Shown here in pieces: positions 1 to 9,931 of a stretch of 64,000 nucleotides of DNA. Numbering within the stretch: position 1 is the stretch's first letter; each line of letters opens with the position of its first letter. Below the pieces are notes generated by a model that searched no databases, was not told where the DNA came from, and saw only the letters and a program-made list of their open reading frames with translations. Source of the stretch: an uncultured Actinomycetota bacterium. Lineage in GTDB: Bacteria > Actinomycetota > Actinomycetes > Prado026. The position numbers and the translations under genes were made by a program. Location of the stretch: positions 36,495 through 100,494 of the forward strand of contig CAVYVA010000006.1 of the NCBI GenBank assembly GCA_963771835.1. The letters run 5' to 3'.

Positions 1-1185
1 GTCGAGGTCACGCTGCACACGCGGTTCACGCGGTGCTCGGGCCCGCTGTCGCTGGGCGACCCCATCTACACGACCACGCTGCTGCCGGGTGAGAAGGTCC
101 GGCTGGCCACCACGGACCGCCGGAGCCGGTTCAGCTTCGACAGCGAGAGCCAGCTGAGCTACCACAGCGAGCAGATGTCCGAGGACCAGTACCGGATGTC
201 CGCCCTGCGGGCGGTGATGTCGGACTCAAGCAGCACCGACAACGGCTCCAGCCGGAACACCGACCAGGGGTCGTGGGACTTCCACGGCGACGCCAGCGGC
301 GGCATCGGGTTCTTCTCGGCCAGCGCGGACGCGAACGCGAAGGGCAGCCACAACGCCTCGTCCACCGCGGACTACCTGCGCGAGCACAAGGCGCACGCGA
401 CGATGGCCGACAACATGTCCGTCGAGGCCACCCGCAAGGCGCACTCGATGTCGATCGGCGAGGTGTCGACCCGCGCGCACTCCGAGGGCGAGTCCGAGGA
501 CCACTTCGAGTCGTCCTCGCGCGAGTTCACCAACCAGAACCAGTGCCACGCGGTCTCGTTCTACTTCTACCGGATCAACAAGTGCGAGACGATCACGTTC
601 GAGCTCGTCGCCATCGACCGGCGGGTCATCGACCCGGTCGCGCCGACGCCGGTCCTGGCCAACCCGGTCCGCGCCGTCGGCCAGATCGCCACCGTCCCGC
701 AGGAGGTCCCCGCGACCGCGACGGCACGGCTCGACGTCGAGGCGCGCGGACTGGCCAGCCAGGCCCAGTACGCCGCGGCCGGCCAGTCGCGGCTGGCATC
801 CCTGTTCGCCGTGGGCGCCTCCTTCGAGCCGGCCGGTGCGCCGCTGCCGGCCGCCGTCCGCACCGCGGCGCTCGCGGAGGTGGACGAGGCGCTGGTCGAG
901 CAGGGCCTGCTGGACAAGGGCACCGGCCTGGTCTCCACGCAGACGCAGGAGGAGATCGGCTTCTCGCGGACCACCTCGCTGCCGACGGCCGGCGTGGTGG
1001 TCAAGGGGTGCCTGGACGACTGCGAGGTCTGCGAACCCGCGCTGAAGCGCAAGATCAAGCTCGACCTGGACCGGCAGGAGCTCGAGAACGAGCTGCTCAA
1101 GCGGCAGATCGAGCTGCTCGACCAGTCGCAGGAGTACCGGTGCTGCCCGCCGGCCGCTCCCGAGCCGGCACCCGCCCAACCCTGA
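1..1185 (+). CDS. Uncharacterised protein, 5'-truncated; Ser/Thr-rich core with amphipathic beta-hairpin, C-terminal Cys motifs and coiled coil (possible beta-pore-forming protein)
   Basis: Frame 1 is open from base 1 (VEVTLHTRFTRCSGPLSLGDPIYTTTLLPGEKVRL...) through the tracked 175..1185 ORF to TGA; strong GC3 codon bias; motifs FTNQNQCHAVSFYFYRINK and LPTAGVVVKGCLDDCEVCE. Confidence 0.85.
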   Translation, partial: VEVTLHTRFTRCSGPLSLGDPIYTTTLLPGEKVRLATTDRRSRFSFDSESQLSYHSEQMSEDQYRMSALRAVMSDSSSTDNGSSRNTDQGSWDFHGDASGGIGFFSASADANAKGSHNASSTADYLREHKAHATMADNMSVEATRKAHSMSIGEVSTRAHSEGESEDHFESSSREFTNQNQCHAVSFYFYRINKCETITFELVAIDRRVIDPVAPTPVLANPVRAVGQIATVPQEVPATATARLDVEARGLASQAQYAAAGQSRLASLFAVGASFEPAGAPLPAAVRTAALAEVDEALVEQGLLDKGTGLVSTQTQEEIGFSRTTSLPTAGVVVKGCLDDCEVCEPALKRKIKLDLDRQELENELLKRQIELLDQSQEYRCCPPAAPEPAPAQP

Positions 1186-1213
1186 CGACCCGACCCGAGC
1201 AGGAGCGTGCACC

Positions 1214-3175
1214 ATGCCGGATGACCTCGACCCCTCCGAGCTCGTCGACGGCGCGCAGGCGATAGCAGCGCTGGCCCAGGACGAGGACCGCTTCCGGGCC
1301 GCCTTCGACGCGTTCCGAGCCTCGGACCGGGACTCGTTCCAGCGGCTGCTCGGCGAGCTCGGCCTGACCGAGCGCTGCGAGCTGGTGACCGAGTGGATCT
1401 GCAGCAAGGAGTGCGTGCTGCTGTGCCTGGAGCTGTGCGGTCCGCCGGTCGAGGGCGACCTGCCGGACCTGCGCGAGTTCGCCGAGGTCCTGGTCAAGGT
1501 CACCGGCGACGAGGAGCTGGTGGAGCGGCTGGCCGAGACCGTCGCCGCCCGCGACGTCGAGGGCTTCCGGTCACTGGTCGCCGAGCTCAAGATCGAGCGG
1601 TACTGCCACCTGCTCTGCCACTGGGTGTGCGCGGTGCGCTGCCGGCTGCTGCGCGAGATCGTCTGCGCGCCGGTGCCGGGCCCGGTCCGGTACCTCGAGG
1701 ACGAGCTCGCCGCCGCCGGCGCCGTCGTGGCCACCCTGGTCGCCGACAAGGAGGCGTTCGCGGTCGCCGAGAAGGCCGTGCTCGCCGGCAACTGCGACCT
1801 GGTCCGGGAGACGGTCGCGCGCCTGCGGCTGACCGACCACTGCGCGATCGTCTGCGAGTGGTTCTGCAGCTGGCGCTGCGTGCGCGTGTGCCGGCTGATG
1901 TGCCGCGGGTTCGACTTCCCGCAGGTCGACCTGTCGCTGGCCGAGGCCTTCGAGTTCGCGAAGGTCACGGCCCGGCTGGCGGCCGAGCCGGACGTCCTGC
2001 CGCGGTTGTCCGCCGCCGTGCAGGCGCAGGACGCACCGGCGTTCGAGGAGATCGTCACCAAGCTGGAGCTGGGCCGGTTCTGCATCCAGCTGTGCCACTG
2101 GATCTGCTCGTGGCAGTGCCACCGCTTCTGCCGCTGCGTGTGCCCGCCGGTGCTGCAGCCGTGGTTCACCCAGGTCGGCCACTTCGACATCTACGCCGAC
2201 ATCGACCCGGGCACCGGCCTGACCAACAAGGGCCTGAGCTACTCCGGCCTGTACTTCAACGGCGGCCCGGACTTCGCGTTCCACGGCTGCCTGGAGCTGC
2301 GCGGGTTCTGCCCGGCGGGGTCACCGATCGACGGGACGCCGATGAAGTACCGCTTCGTGCTCGCCGGCAGCGGCCTGCCGCTCACCGGGAGCCGCGTCTG
2401 CCCAGTGGACGCGGGCACCCGGCGGATCCTGTGGCCGGTCAACTCCAGCGGGGTCGCCGGGACCACGCAGGTCCTGACGTTCCAGTCGATCAGCATCGAG
2501 GGCGCACCGGTCGCGGACACTCCGCCGCCGGCCCCCGGCGACCCGTGGTTCGGGCCGGTCAAGCACGTGATCGCCCCGGACTCCGACGGCTGGATCCCGG
2601 TGGACCAGGACAGCGTGTCCGGAGGCTTCACCACGCTGGTGGGCTTCAACAGCACCGATCCGGTCCCCGGCGGGACGCCGCCCTCGCCGCCGCCCGTGGC
2701 CGGCTCGCCGGTCGCGACCGGCGACCAGAAGAACGGCGCCGACCTGGGCATCACGTTCGAGGCGACCAGGATCTCGTTGCCGCCGGGCCCGCCGGACTCC
2801 ACGAACTCGCTCGCAAAGATCCACATCAACAACTGGGCCGAGGTCAACCTGCTGGACATCACCGAGTTCCACTCCGGCGGCGGCACCGCGTGCACCGGGA
2901 TCACCACCGACCTGCACGTGGAGTACACCACCGACCACGAGCTCATGAAGGAGTGGGACGCGGTCATCACCAGCGCCGCGCTCACCCTGCCGGTGACGGT
3001 GGCCAGCGGGCCGACCGTGCCGGCGCCCAGGGGTGACGGCGCGATCGTCGCGGTGTCCACCACCGGGTTCAAACCCTGCTCGTACGTGGTGACGCTGAGC
3101 ACGCGGGCCGGGCTGACGGACGGACTCATCGACAACGTCGGGTGGAGCCGGCAGCTGACCTTCTGCGTGAAGTAA
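1214..3175 (+). CDS. Uncharacterised 653-aa protein: four ~78-aa helical repeats each ending in CxxxCxWxCxxxCxxxCxxxC, plus a beta-rich C-terminal domain
   Basis: Intact ORF, AGGAG RBS at 1201-1205, repeats visible by eye, 30 Cys counted. Confidence 0.9.
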   Translation: MPDDLDPSELVDGAQAIAALAQDEDRFRAAFDAFRASDRDSFQRLLGELGLTERCELVTEWICSKECVLLCLELCGPPVEGDLPDLREFAEVLVKVTGDEELVERLAETVAARDVEGFRSLVAELKIERYCHLLCHWVCAVRCRLLREIVCAPVPGPVRYLEDELAAAGAVVATLVADKEAFAVAEKAVLAGNCDLVRETVARLRLTDHCAIVCEWFCSWRCVRVCRLMCRGFDFPQVDLSLAEAFEFAKVTARLAAEPDVLPRLSAAVQAQDAPAFEEIVTKLELGRFCIQLCHWICSWQCHRFCRCVCPPVLQPWFTQVGHFDIYADIDPGTGLTNKGLSYSGLYFNGGPDFAFHGCLELRGFCPAGSPIDGTPMKYRFVLAGSGLPLTGSRVCPVDAGTRRILWPVNSSGVAGTTQVLTFQSISIEGAPVADTPPPAPGDPWFGPVKHVIAPDSDGWIPVDQDSVSGGFTTLVGFNSTDPVPGGTPPSPPPVAGSPVATGDQKNGADLGITFEATRISLPPGPPDSTNSLAKIHINNWAEVNLLDITEFHSGGGTACTGITTDLHVEYTTDHELMKEWDAVITSAALTLPVTVASGPTVPAPRGDGAIVAVSTTGFKPCSYVVTLSTRAGLTDGLIDNVGWSRQLTFCVK

Positions 3176-3178
3176 CCG

Positions 3179-3475
3179 CTACCGGTCCAGGAGTCCCTCG
3201 ACGAGCTCGAGCACGCGGGTCCTGGGCACGCCGGCCAGCGCCGGCGCGGCATCCGGCGACGACCAGACGCGCTCGTGCAGGAAGCGGGCGAACGACTCCG
3301 CCGCGTCGACGGTGTCGAACTCGAGGTCGAGCATCAGGTAGCCGGCGTCGTCGAGCGGCCGGCGGATGGCGTGCGCGCGGACGCCCGCACCGGCCCGCAC
3401 CTCGGCGAAGCCGTCGAAAGCTGCCTTCCACGTGCCGTAGTCGGTGATCGCGTGCTCGATCCGCAAGGTGCTCAT
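3179..3475 (-). CDS. Small (98 aa) dimeric alpha+beta barrel / cyclase-like hypothetical protein
   Basis: MSTLRIEHAITDYGTWKAAFD...; ATG at 3475; divergent from the LuxR gene. Confidence 0.7.
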   Translation of the reverse strand: MSTLRIEHAITDYGTWKAAFDGFAEVRAGAGVRAHAIRRPLDDAGYLMLDLEFDTVDAAESFARFLHERVWSSPDAAPALAGVPRTRVLELVEGLLDR

Positions 3476-3553
3476 GGACCGCCACGGTAGGCCGGCCGCG
3501 GGCACCGCAGACATCCCAGATTCCTGGGGGCGGACGGCGCGTACGCTCGCGCC

Positions 3554-4654
3554 GTGCCGAGCCCGAGGACGGCGTCCAAGACCCTCGACCGGATCGAGGC
3601 GGTCGCCGGCCGGGCGGCCGGGGCCGCCGAGCTGCGGGCGGCGCTGCTGGATGTGCTGCGCCCGGCGATCGGCTTCGACGGGTACGTGTGGCTGCTGACG
3701 GACCCGGTCACCACGGTCGGCGCAGCCCCGCTCGCGGACCTGCCCGGCATCGCCCCGGCCGAGCTGCCGGGTCTGATCCGGGCCAGGTACACCAGCGGAG
3801 TCAGCCGCTGGACCGTGCTGACGCAGCAGCCGGACCCGGTGGCGCTGCTGGACTGCGCCGGCGTCGACCACCCGGGCGCGTCCGGGACCGGGCGGTCCGC
3901 GTGGGAGCAGCTGCTGGCCCGGTACGGGATCGGCGCGGTGGCCTCGACGGTGTTCGCCGACGCGTACGGCTGCTGGGGGTTCCTCGACCTGTGGCGCGGC
4001 GTGGCCCGCGCACCCTTCGACGAGGCCGACGCCGCGCTGCTCGCGGGCGCCGCCCCGTCCGTGACCGCCGCCCTACGCAGGTGCCAGGCCCGCACCTTCG
4101 TCGCGCCGGCGCGGCCGCACCGCAGTGACTTCGCTCCGGTCGTGCTGACCCTGGACGACGACCTGCGGATCGTCGGACGGACGGCCGCGTCACAGGACTG
4201 GCTGGACCGGCTGCTGCCCCCCGCGCCCGGCGTCGACGCGGTACCCGCGAGCGTGTTCAACGTGGCTGCGCAGCTGCTCGCCGCCGAGGCCGGCGTCGAC
4301 GACCACCCGGCCAGCTCGCGGACGCATCTGGGCGACGGGTTCTGGCTGACCCTGCGCGCGGCGCGGATGGCGTCCGCCGACGGCACCGACCCGATCGTCG
4401 TGAGCATCGAGGAGACCTCCGCCGTCGAACGGGTGGAGCTGTTCACCCGGGCGCACGGCCTCAGCGCGCGCGAGCACGAGCTCTTCGGACTGCTCGCCAC
4501 CGGCGCCGACACCCGCGCGATGGCTCGCCTGATGGGACTGTCCGAGCACACCGTCCAGGACCACCTGAAGTCGATCTTCGCCAAGACCGGGGCGCGCGAC
4601 CGAGTCACGCTGCTCTCGCGGGCGCTGGGCACCGGGCTCACCCCGGCTCCGTGA
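3554..4654 (+). CDS. GAF-like + LuxR-type HTH transcriptional regulator
   Basis: C-terminal LSAREHELFGLLATGADTRAMARLMGLSEHTVQDHLKSIFAKTG. Confidence 0.85.
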   Translation: MPSPRTASKTLDRIEAVAGRAAGAAELRAALLDVLRPAIGFDGYVWLLTDPVTTVGAAPLADLPGIAPAELPGLIRARYTSGVSRWTVLTQQPDPVALLDCAGVDHPGASGTGRSAWEQLLARYGIGAVASTVFADAYGCWGFLDLWRGVARAPFDEADAALLAGAAPSVTAALRRCQARTFVAPARPHRSDFAPVVLTLDDDLRIVGRTAASQDWLDRLLPPAPGVDAVPASVFNVAAQLLAAEAGVDDHPASSRTHLGDGFWLTLRAARMASADGTDPIVVSIEETSAVERVELFTRAHGLSAREHELFGLLATGADTRAMARLMGLSEHTVQDHLKSIFAKTGARDRVTLLSRALGTGLTPAP

Positions 4655-4718
4655 GCGCGCGGGACCTAGACTTCACGCGGGCAGACGGGGAGCTGCGTCA
4701 AGCCCTGGAGGGATCTGC

Positions 4719-5675
4719 GTGACGCCGACTCAGCTGCGCGCCTTCGCCGCAGTGGCCCGCCTGGGCTCGGTGAAGCAGGCCGCGGCCGAGCTCGACGTCT
4801 CGCAGGCCGCCGTCTCGCTGCACGTCGCGCACCTGCGCCGCGAGCTCGGCGACAAGCTGTTCATCCCCACCGCGGCGGGGCTGTCCTTCACCCCCGGCGG
4901 GCTGCGGCTGGCCAGCCGGGCGGCCGAGATCCTCGGCCTGCAGGACCGCACCGTGCTCGAGGTGAGCCAGGCCGGCAGCGAGCGGCGGCTGCTGCGGGTG
5001 GCCGCGTCGGCCCTGTTCGCCGAGCACGCGGCCCCGGGTCTGATCGAGCTGTTCGCCGACCGGGCGGACGACCTGGACGTCGAGCTCAGCAACCACAACC
5101 CGCACACCTTCGTCCCGCTCCTGCTCGCCCGGACCGTGGACGTGGCCATCGGACCGCAGCCCGCGAGCCTGGACCCGTCGATCGCGAGCACGCACTTCCT
5201 CAACTACCAGGTGGTGGCCGTGGCCAGCCCGGACCACCCCCTGGCGCGGGTCCAGCCGAGCTCCCACGAGCTGCGCGAGCAGACCTGGCTGCTGGGCCCG
5301 TCCGCCGTCGGCGAGGGCGGCGTCATCGCGAACCTGCTGCGACGGATCAACGTGCCGGAGGACCGTCAGCAGATCTTCCAGAGCCACGCTGCAGCGCTCG
5401 AGGAGGCCAAGCGGGGCAAGGGGATCGCGCTCGCCGTGTCGTTCGCCGTCTCGCAGGACCTGGCCACCGGCGACCTCAAGCGGGTGCCGGGACCGTTGCT
5501 GCAGGGCCAGGGCGGATGGAGCATCCTGACGCTGGCCGCAGGCAACGCGCCGCCCGCGGCGGCGGAGCTGAGCCGGTTCGTCACCACCCCGCGCGCGATC
5601 CAGGCGATGCTCCGCGGCACCGGGGTCACCGTGGGGCGGTTCAAGCCGTCCATCCACGTCACGCTCTGGAGCTAG
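4719..5675 (+). CDS. cutR: LysR-family regulator, CutR/Rv0377-like (CO dehydrogenase regulator)
   Basis: N-terminal LysR HTH TPTQLRAFAAVARLGSVKQAAAELDVSQAAVS; C-terminus PSIHVTLWS; abuts cox genes. Symbol inferred from context. Confidence 0.8.
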   Translation: MTPTQLRAFAAVARLGSVKQAAAELDVSQAAVSLHVAHLRRELGDKLFIPTAAGLSFTPGGLRLASRAAEILGLQDRTVLEVSQAGSERRLLRVAASALFAEHAAPGLIELFADRADDLDVELSNHNPHTFVPLLLARTVDVAIGPQPASLDPSIASTHFLNYQVVAVASPDHPLARVQPSSHELREQTWLLGPSAVGEGGVIANLLRRINVPEDRQQIFQSHAAALEEAKRGKGIALAVSFAVSQDLATGDLKRVPGPLLQGQGGWSILTLAAGNAPPAAAELSRFVTTPRAIQAMLRGTGVTVGRFKPSIHVTLWS

Positions 5676-5682
5676 GGCACCG

Positions 5683-8079
5683 TCAGATCGGCGGCCGGGG
5701 TCGGCCCTGCATGGCGTCCCACACCCGCGAGGGCGTCAGCGGCATGTCCGCGTGCCGGATGCCGAACGGCCTGAGCGCGTCGACGACCGCGTTCACGATC
5801 GCCGGCGGCGACCCCACCGTGGCCGCCTCCCCCACCCCCTTGGCCCCGATCGGGTGGTGCGGCGACGGGGTGACCGTGAACCCGGTCTCCCAGTCGGGCA
5901 CCTCGATCGCGGTCGGGATCAGGTAGTCCATCAACGAGCCGCCCAGGCAGTTCCCGTCGGCGTCGAACGCGATCATCTCCATCAGCGCCATGCCGACCCC
6001 GTCGGTCAGGCCTCGGTGCACCTGGCCCTCGATGATCATCGGGTTGATCCGGGTGCCGCAGTCGTCGACGGCGACGAACCGCCGCACCTTGACCTGCGCG
6101 GTGCCCGGGTCGATGTCGACCACGCAGATGTACGCGCCGAAGGGGTACGTGAGGTTGTCCGGGTTGTAGCAGATCTGCGCCTCCAGGCCGCCCTCGACGC
6201 CCTCGGGCAGGTCGCCGGCGCCATGCGCCTTCCGAGCGATCTCCTGGATCGTCACGGACGTCGACCGGTCACCGGTCACGCGGAACGCGCCCTTGTCCCA
6301 CACCAGGTCGGCCGGCGAGATCTCGAGCATGCCGGCGGCGATGAGCCGCGCCTTGTCCCGCACCTTGCGCGCGACCAGCACGGCCGCGGCGCCGGACACC
6401 GGCGTGGAGCGGCTGCCGTAGGTGCCGAGGCCGAACGGGGTCTGGTCGGTGTCGCCGTGGACCACCTCGATGTCCGCCGGTGGGATCCCGATCTCCTGGG
6501 CCACGATCTGCGCGAACGTCGTCTCGTGCCCCTGGCCCTGGGACTGCACCGACAGCCGCAGCGACAGCCTTGCCGGTCGGGTGCACCCGCAGCTCGCAGC
6601 CGTCGGCCATGCCCAGACCGAGGATGTCCATGTCCCGGCGCGGACCGGCGCCGACCGCCTCGGTGAAGAAGCGAGACGCCGATACCCATCAGCTCGCCGC
6701 GCTCGCGCCGCTGCGCCTGCTCGCGGCGCAGCTCGGTCGTAGCCGGCGATCCGCATCGCCTCGCGCATGGCCGGCTCGTAGTCGCCGGAGTCGTACACCC
6801 ACCCGGTCCTGGCCCGGTACGGGAACTGCTCGGGCCGGATGAAGTTCTTGATCCGCAGCTCCACCGGGTCCATGCCCAGCTCGTAGGCCAGGCAGTCGAC
6901 GATCCGCTCGACGAGGTAGACCGCCTCGGTGATCCGGAACGAGCAGGAGTACGCCACGCCGCCGGGCGCCTTGTTCGTGTAGACGGCGGTCATGGTGCAG
7001 TGAGGCGGCCTGCAGGTCGTAGCTGCCGGTGAACACGCCGAAGAAGCCGGCCGGGTACTTCACCGGCGCGGCCGTCCCGTTGAACGCGCCGTGGTCGGCG
7101 AGGACGTGCGCGCGCACCGCGAGGATGGTGCCGTCCCGGGTCGCCGCGATCTCGCCGCGCATGATGTAGTCGCGGGCGAAGGCCGTGCTGGTGAGGTTCT
7201 CCGAGCGGTCCTCCATCCACTTGACCGGCTTGCCGGTGAGCAGCGAGCCGACGATCGTGCAGACGTACCCCGGGTAGATCGGCACCTTGTTGCCGAACCC
7301 GCCGCCGATGTCCGGCGAGACGACCCTGATCTTGTGCTCGGGCAGCCCGGTCACCATCGCGTACAGCGTGCGGTGCGCGTGCGGCGCCTGGGTGGTCGAC
7401 CAGAGCGTCAGCCGGCCCTCGACGGCGTCGTAGTCGGCCACCGAGCCGCACGTCTCCATCGGGGCGGGGTGCACCCGCGGGTAGACCAGGTCCTGGCTCA
7501 CCACGACGTCGGCGGCGGCGAACACCGCGTCCGTGGCGGCTCGGTCTCCGGTCTCCCAGTCGAAGCAGTGGTTGTCGGACTTGCCGGGCAGGTCGTCGCG
7601 GATCACCGGGGCGTCGGGGTCGAGGGCCGTGCGCACGTCCACGACGGGTCGCAGCGGCTCGTACTCGACGTCGATGAGCTCCAGCGCGTCGCGCGCCGCG
7701 TACCGGTCCTCGGCGACGACGAACGCGACCTCCTGGCCCTGGAACCGCACCTTGTCGGTCGCCAGCACCGCCTGCACGTCGTCGGCGAGGGTCGGCATCC
7801 AGGCCAGCCCGCGCTCGGCGAGCATCGCCCCGGTCACGACCAGCGGACCTTCGGGTGCGCCTGCGCGGCGATGGTGTCGATGCTCAGGATCCGCGCGTGC
7901 GCCATCGGCGAACGCAGGATGGCCAGGTGCAGCATGCCCGGCAGCTGCACGTCGTCGCAGTACCGGCCGCGGCCGCGGATGAACCGCGGGTCCTCCTTGC
8001 GCAGCATCCGGCCGTAGCCGACGGGGTGCTGGTCGTTGTCGACGAACGCGGTCACCGGACCGCCCGTGCCCGCGGTCAC
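5683..8079 (-). CDS. coxL: Aerobic Mo-Cu CO dehydrogenase large subunit, form I, copy 1 (mycobacterial-like); several frameshifts
   Basis: [31 protein letters not shown], active-site [14 protein letters not shown] (6934-6954), [12 protein letters not shown]-terminal WDAMQGRPRPPI. Confidence 0.92.
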
Positions 8080-8607
8080 GACACGGCCTCGGCCTCTGAC
8101 TCGGACTCTCGACTCGGTCCCGGACGGGTGGAGGGCGGTCCGGGTGCCGGCCTCCTCCGCGGCCGCCCACTGCACCGAGCGAACGATGCTGGCGTACCCG
8201 GTGCACCGGCAGATCTGGCCGGAGATCGCCCGCCGGATCTCGGTGGCGGACGGGGTCGGGTTGCGGTCCAGCAGCGCCCGCGCGGTCATCAGCATCCCGG
8301 GGGTGCAGAAGCCGCACTGCAGACCGTGGCACTGCATGAACCCGCGCTGGACCGGGTCGAGCACGCCGTCGTGCTCGAGCCCCTCGACCGTGCGCACCTC
8401 GTGACCGCCGGCCATCGCGGCCAGCACGGCGCAGGACTTCACCGGCTCGCCGTCGAGCCACACCACGCACATGCCGCAGTTGCTCGTGTCGCAGCCCCAG
8501 TGCGTGCCGGTCAGGCCGAGATCGTCGCGCAGGAAGTGCACGAGCAGCAGCCGGCCCTCGATCTCCCGGGTCACCTCGTCGCCGTTGACCGTCATGCTCA
8601 CCAGCAT
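8076..8607 (-). CDS. coxS: CO dehydrogenase small (2x[2Fe-2S]) subunit, copy 1
   Basis: [26 protein letters not shown]; stop reconstructed as a GTGA overlap with the coxL start. Confidence 0.9.
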
Positions 8608-8609
8608 CG

Positions 8610-9489
8610 TCAGCCCCCCGCCTGTCGGATCCGCGCGACCGAGCGGCGCAGCGCGCGTCGGGTCAGCTCACGGGCCAGGTGCCGCTTGTAGTCCGCGCTG
8701 CCGCGCTGCGTCCGTCACCGGGCTGCAGCTGCGCGCCGCGATGTCGCCGGCCTGGGCGTACAGGTCCTCGGACGGGGTCTGGCCGACCAGCAGCTCGGAG
8801 ACCGCCGGGAGGCCGGCGGTGTCCGGCCCCACCGCCGCCAGACCCACCCGCGCATCGGCGATCAGACCGTGGTCCATCCAGACCGCCGCACCGGCCGAGA
8901 CCACCGCCCAGTCCCCGGCCCGCCGCTCGACCTTCTCGTACGCGCTCGAGCCGCCCGGGCGCACCGGGAAGCGGATCTCGGTGAGCATCTCGGCGACGCC
9001 GACCGCGGTCTCGTACGGGCCGCGGTGGAACTCCTCCATCGAGACGACCCGCTCGCCGCCGGTGCCCCGGATCACGCAGCTGGCGTTCAGGGTGGTGCAG
9101 ACCGCGGACAGGTCCTCCGAGGGGTCGGCCTGGCACAGCGAGCCGCCCAGCGTGCCCCGGTTGCGGACCGGCGGGTCGGCGATCACCTGCTCCGCGTCGG
9201 CGAAGATCGGGAACGCCTCGGCGAGCTCGGCCGACTCGAGCAGCTCGCGGTGCCGGGTCATGGCGCCGATCCGGATCCACCGCGGCTCGACCGTGATGTA
9301 GCCGAGCTCGCCGTGCAGGTCGTTGATGTCGATGAGGTACTCGAAGTTGGCCAGCCGCAGCTTCATCATCGGCAGCAGGCTCTGCCCGCCGGCGACCAGC
9401 CGCGCGGTCTCGCCCAGCCGGTCCAGCAGCCCGATCGCCTGGTCGACGCTCGTGGCCCGCTCGTACTCGAACGGCGCCGGCACCTGCAT
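8610..9489 (-). CDS. coxM: CO dehydrogenase medium (FAD) subunit, copy 1; frameshift near C-terminus
   Basis: MQVPAPFEYERATSVDQA, AGGQSLLPMMKLR, VRNRGTLGGSLC, KVERRAGDWA. Confidence 0.92.
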
Positions 9490-9530
9490 CCCCGGAGGCT
9501 AACGGCCGGGCGGGGCGCTCGCCGAGTGAC

Positions 9531-9548
9531 CTAAGCGATGACTTATTC
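9531..9548 (+). promoter_or_regulatory. Putative CutR/LysR operator CTAAG-N6-CTTATTC between the divergent cox operons
   Basis: ctaagcgatgacttattc; resembles the mycobacterial CutR inverted repeat TTAAG-N6-CTTAA; second copy at 19967-19984. Confidence 0.6.
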
Positions 9549-9636
9549 AGCCGTTGCGGGGGCCGGACCCGCCGGGCAGTATGTCCCCGCATCACCGGCG
9601 GCGCCGAACGGCGCCGTCCCAGCGAAGGGCGTCGCG

Positions 9637-9894
9637 ATGGCGGTCGAGTCGAGCGGGCACAGCCAGGGGCAACCCGCGCCTGTACGAGCTGATCGAGAAC
9701 GCGCCGAAGACCGGCAAGAGCCCGACCGTCTGGGCCTGGCCGCAGCTGATCGACGTACCTCAAGGTCGCCGGCCAGCCGGTCCAGGGGCCCTGGCCGCCG
9801 CACCAGCAGCCGCGTCCCGACCCCGAGGAGGAGTCGCTGCCGGTCGCCGTGCCCGACCCGCACTCGCCCCGCCACCAGGCCCGCACAGGCCTGA
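9637..9894 (+). CDS. Small hypothetical protein (~85 aa) leading cox operon 2; reconstructed across about 2 frameshifts
   Basis: MAVESSGH..GNPRLYELIENAPKTGKSPTVWAWPQLIDYLKVAGQPVQGPWPPHQQPRPDPEEESLPVAVPD; GAAGGG upstream; GC3-biased codons. Confidence 0.55.
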   Translation: MAVESSGHSQGQPAPVRADRERAEDRQEPDRLGLAAADRRTSRSPASRSRGPGRRTSSRVPTPRRSRCRSPCPTRTRPATRPAQA

Positions 9895-9931
9895 ACCGCC
9901 TGAACCGCAGCCATCCAGAGAGGCGGCTCGG

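Noticed and set aside
1214-2149. Definite RiPP precursor (leader + Cys core repeats)
   Set aside because: No modifying enzyme or protease in the window and the repeats are fused to a large globular domain; kept only as a minor alternative
7834-8607. Apparent CoxS-CoxL fusion in operon 1 (ORF 7834..8607)
   Set aside because: A one-base shift gives ...ESESEAEAVS* with a standard GTGA overlap at 8076-8079; indels are frequent here
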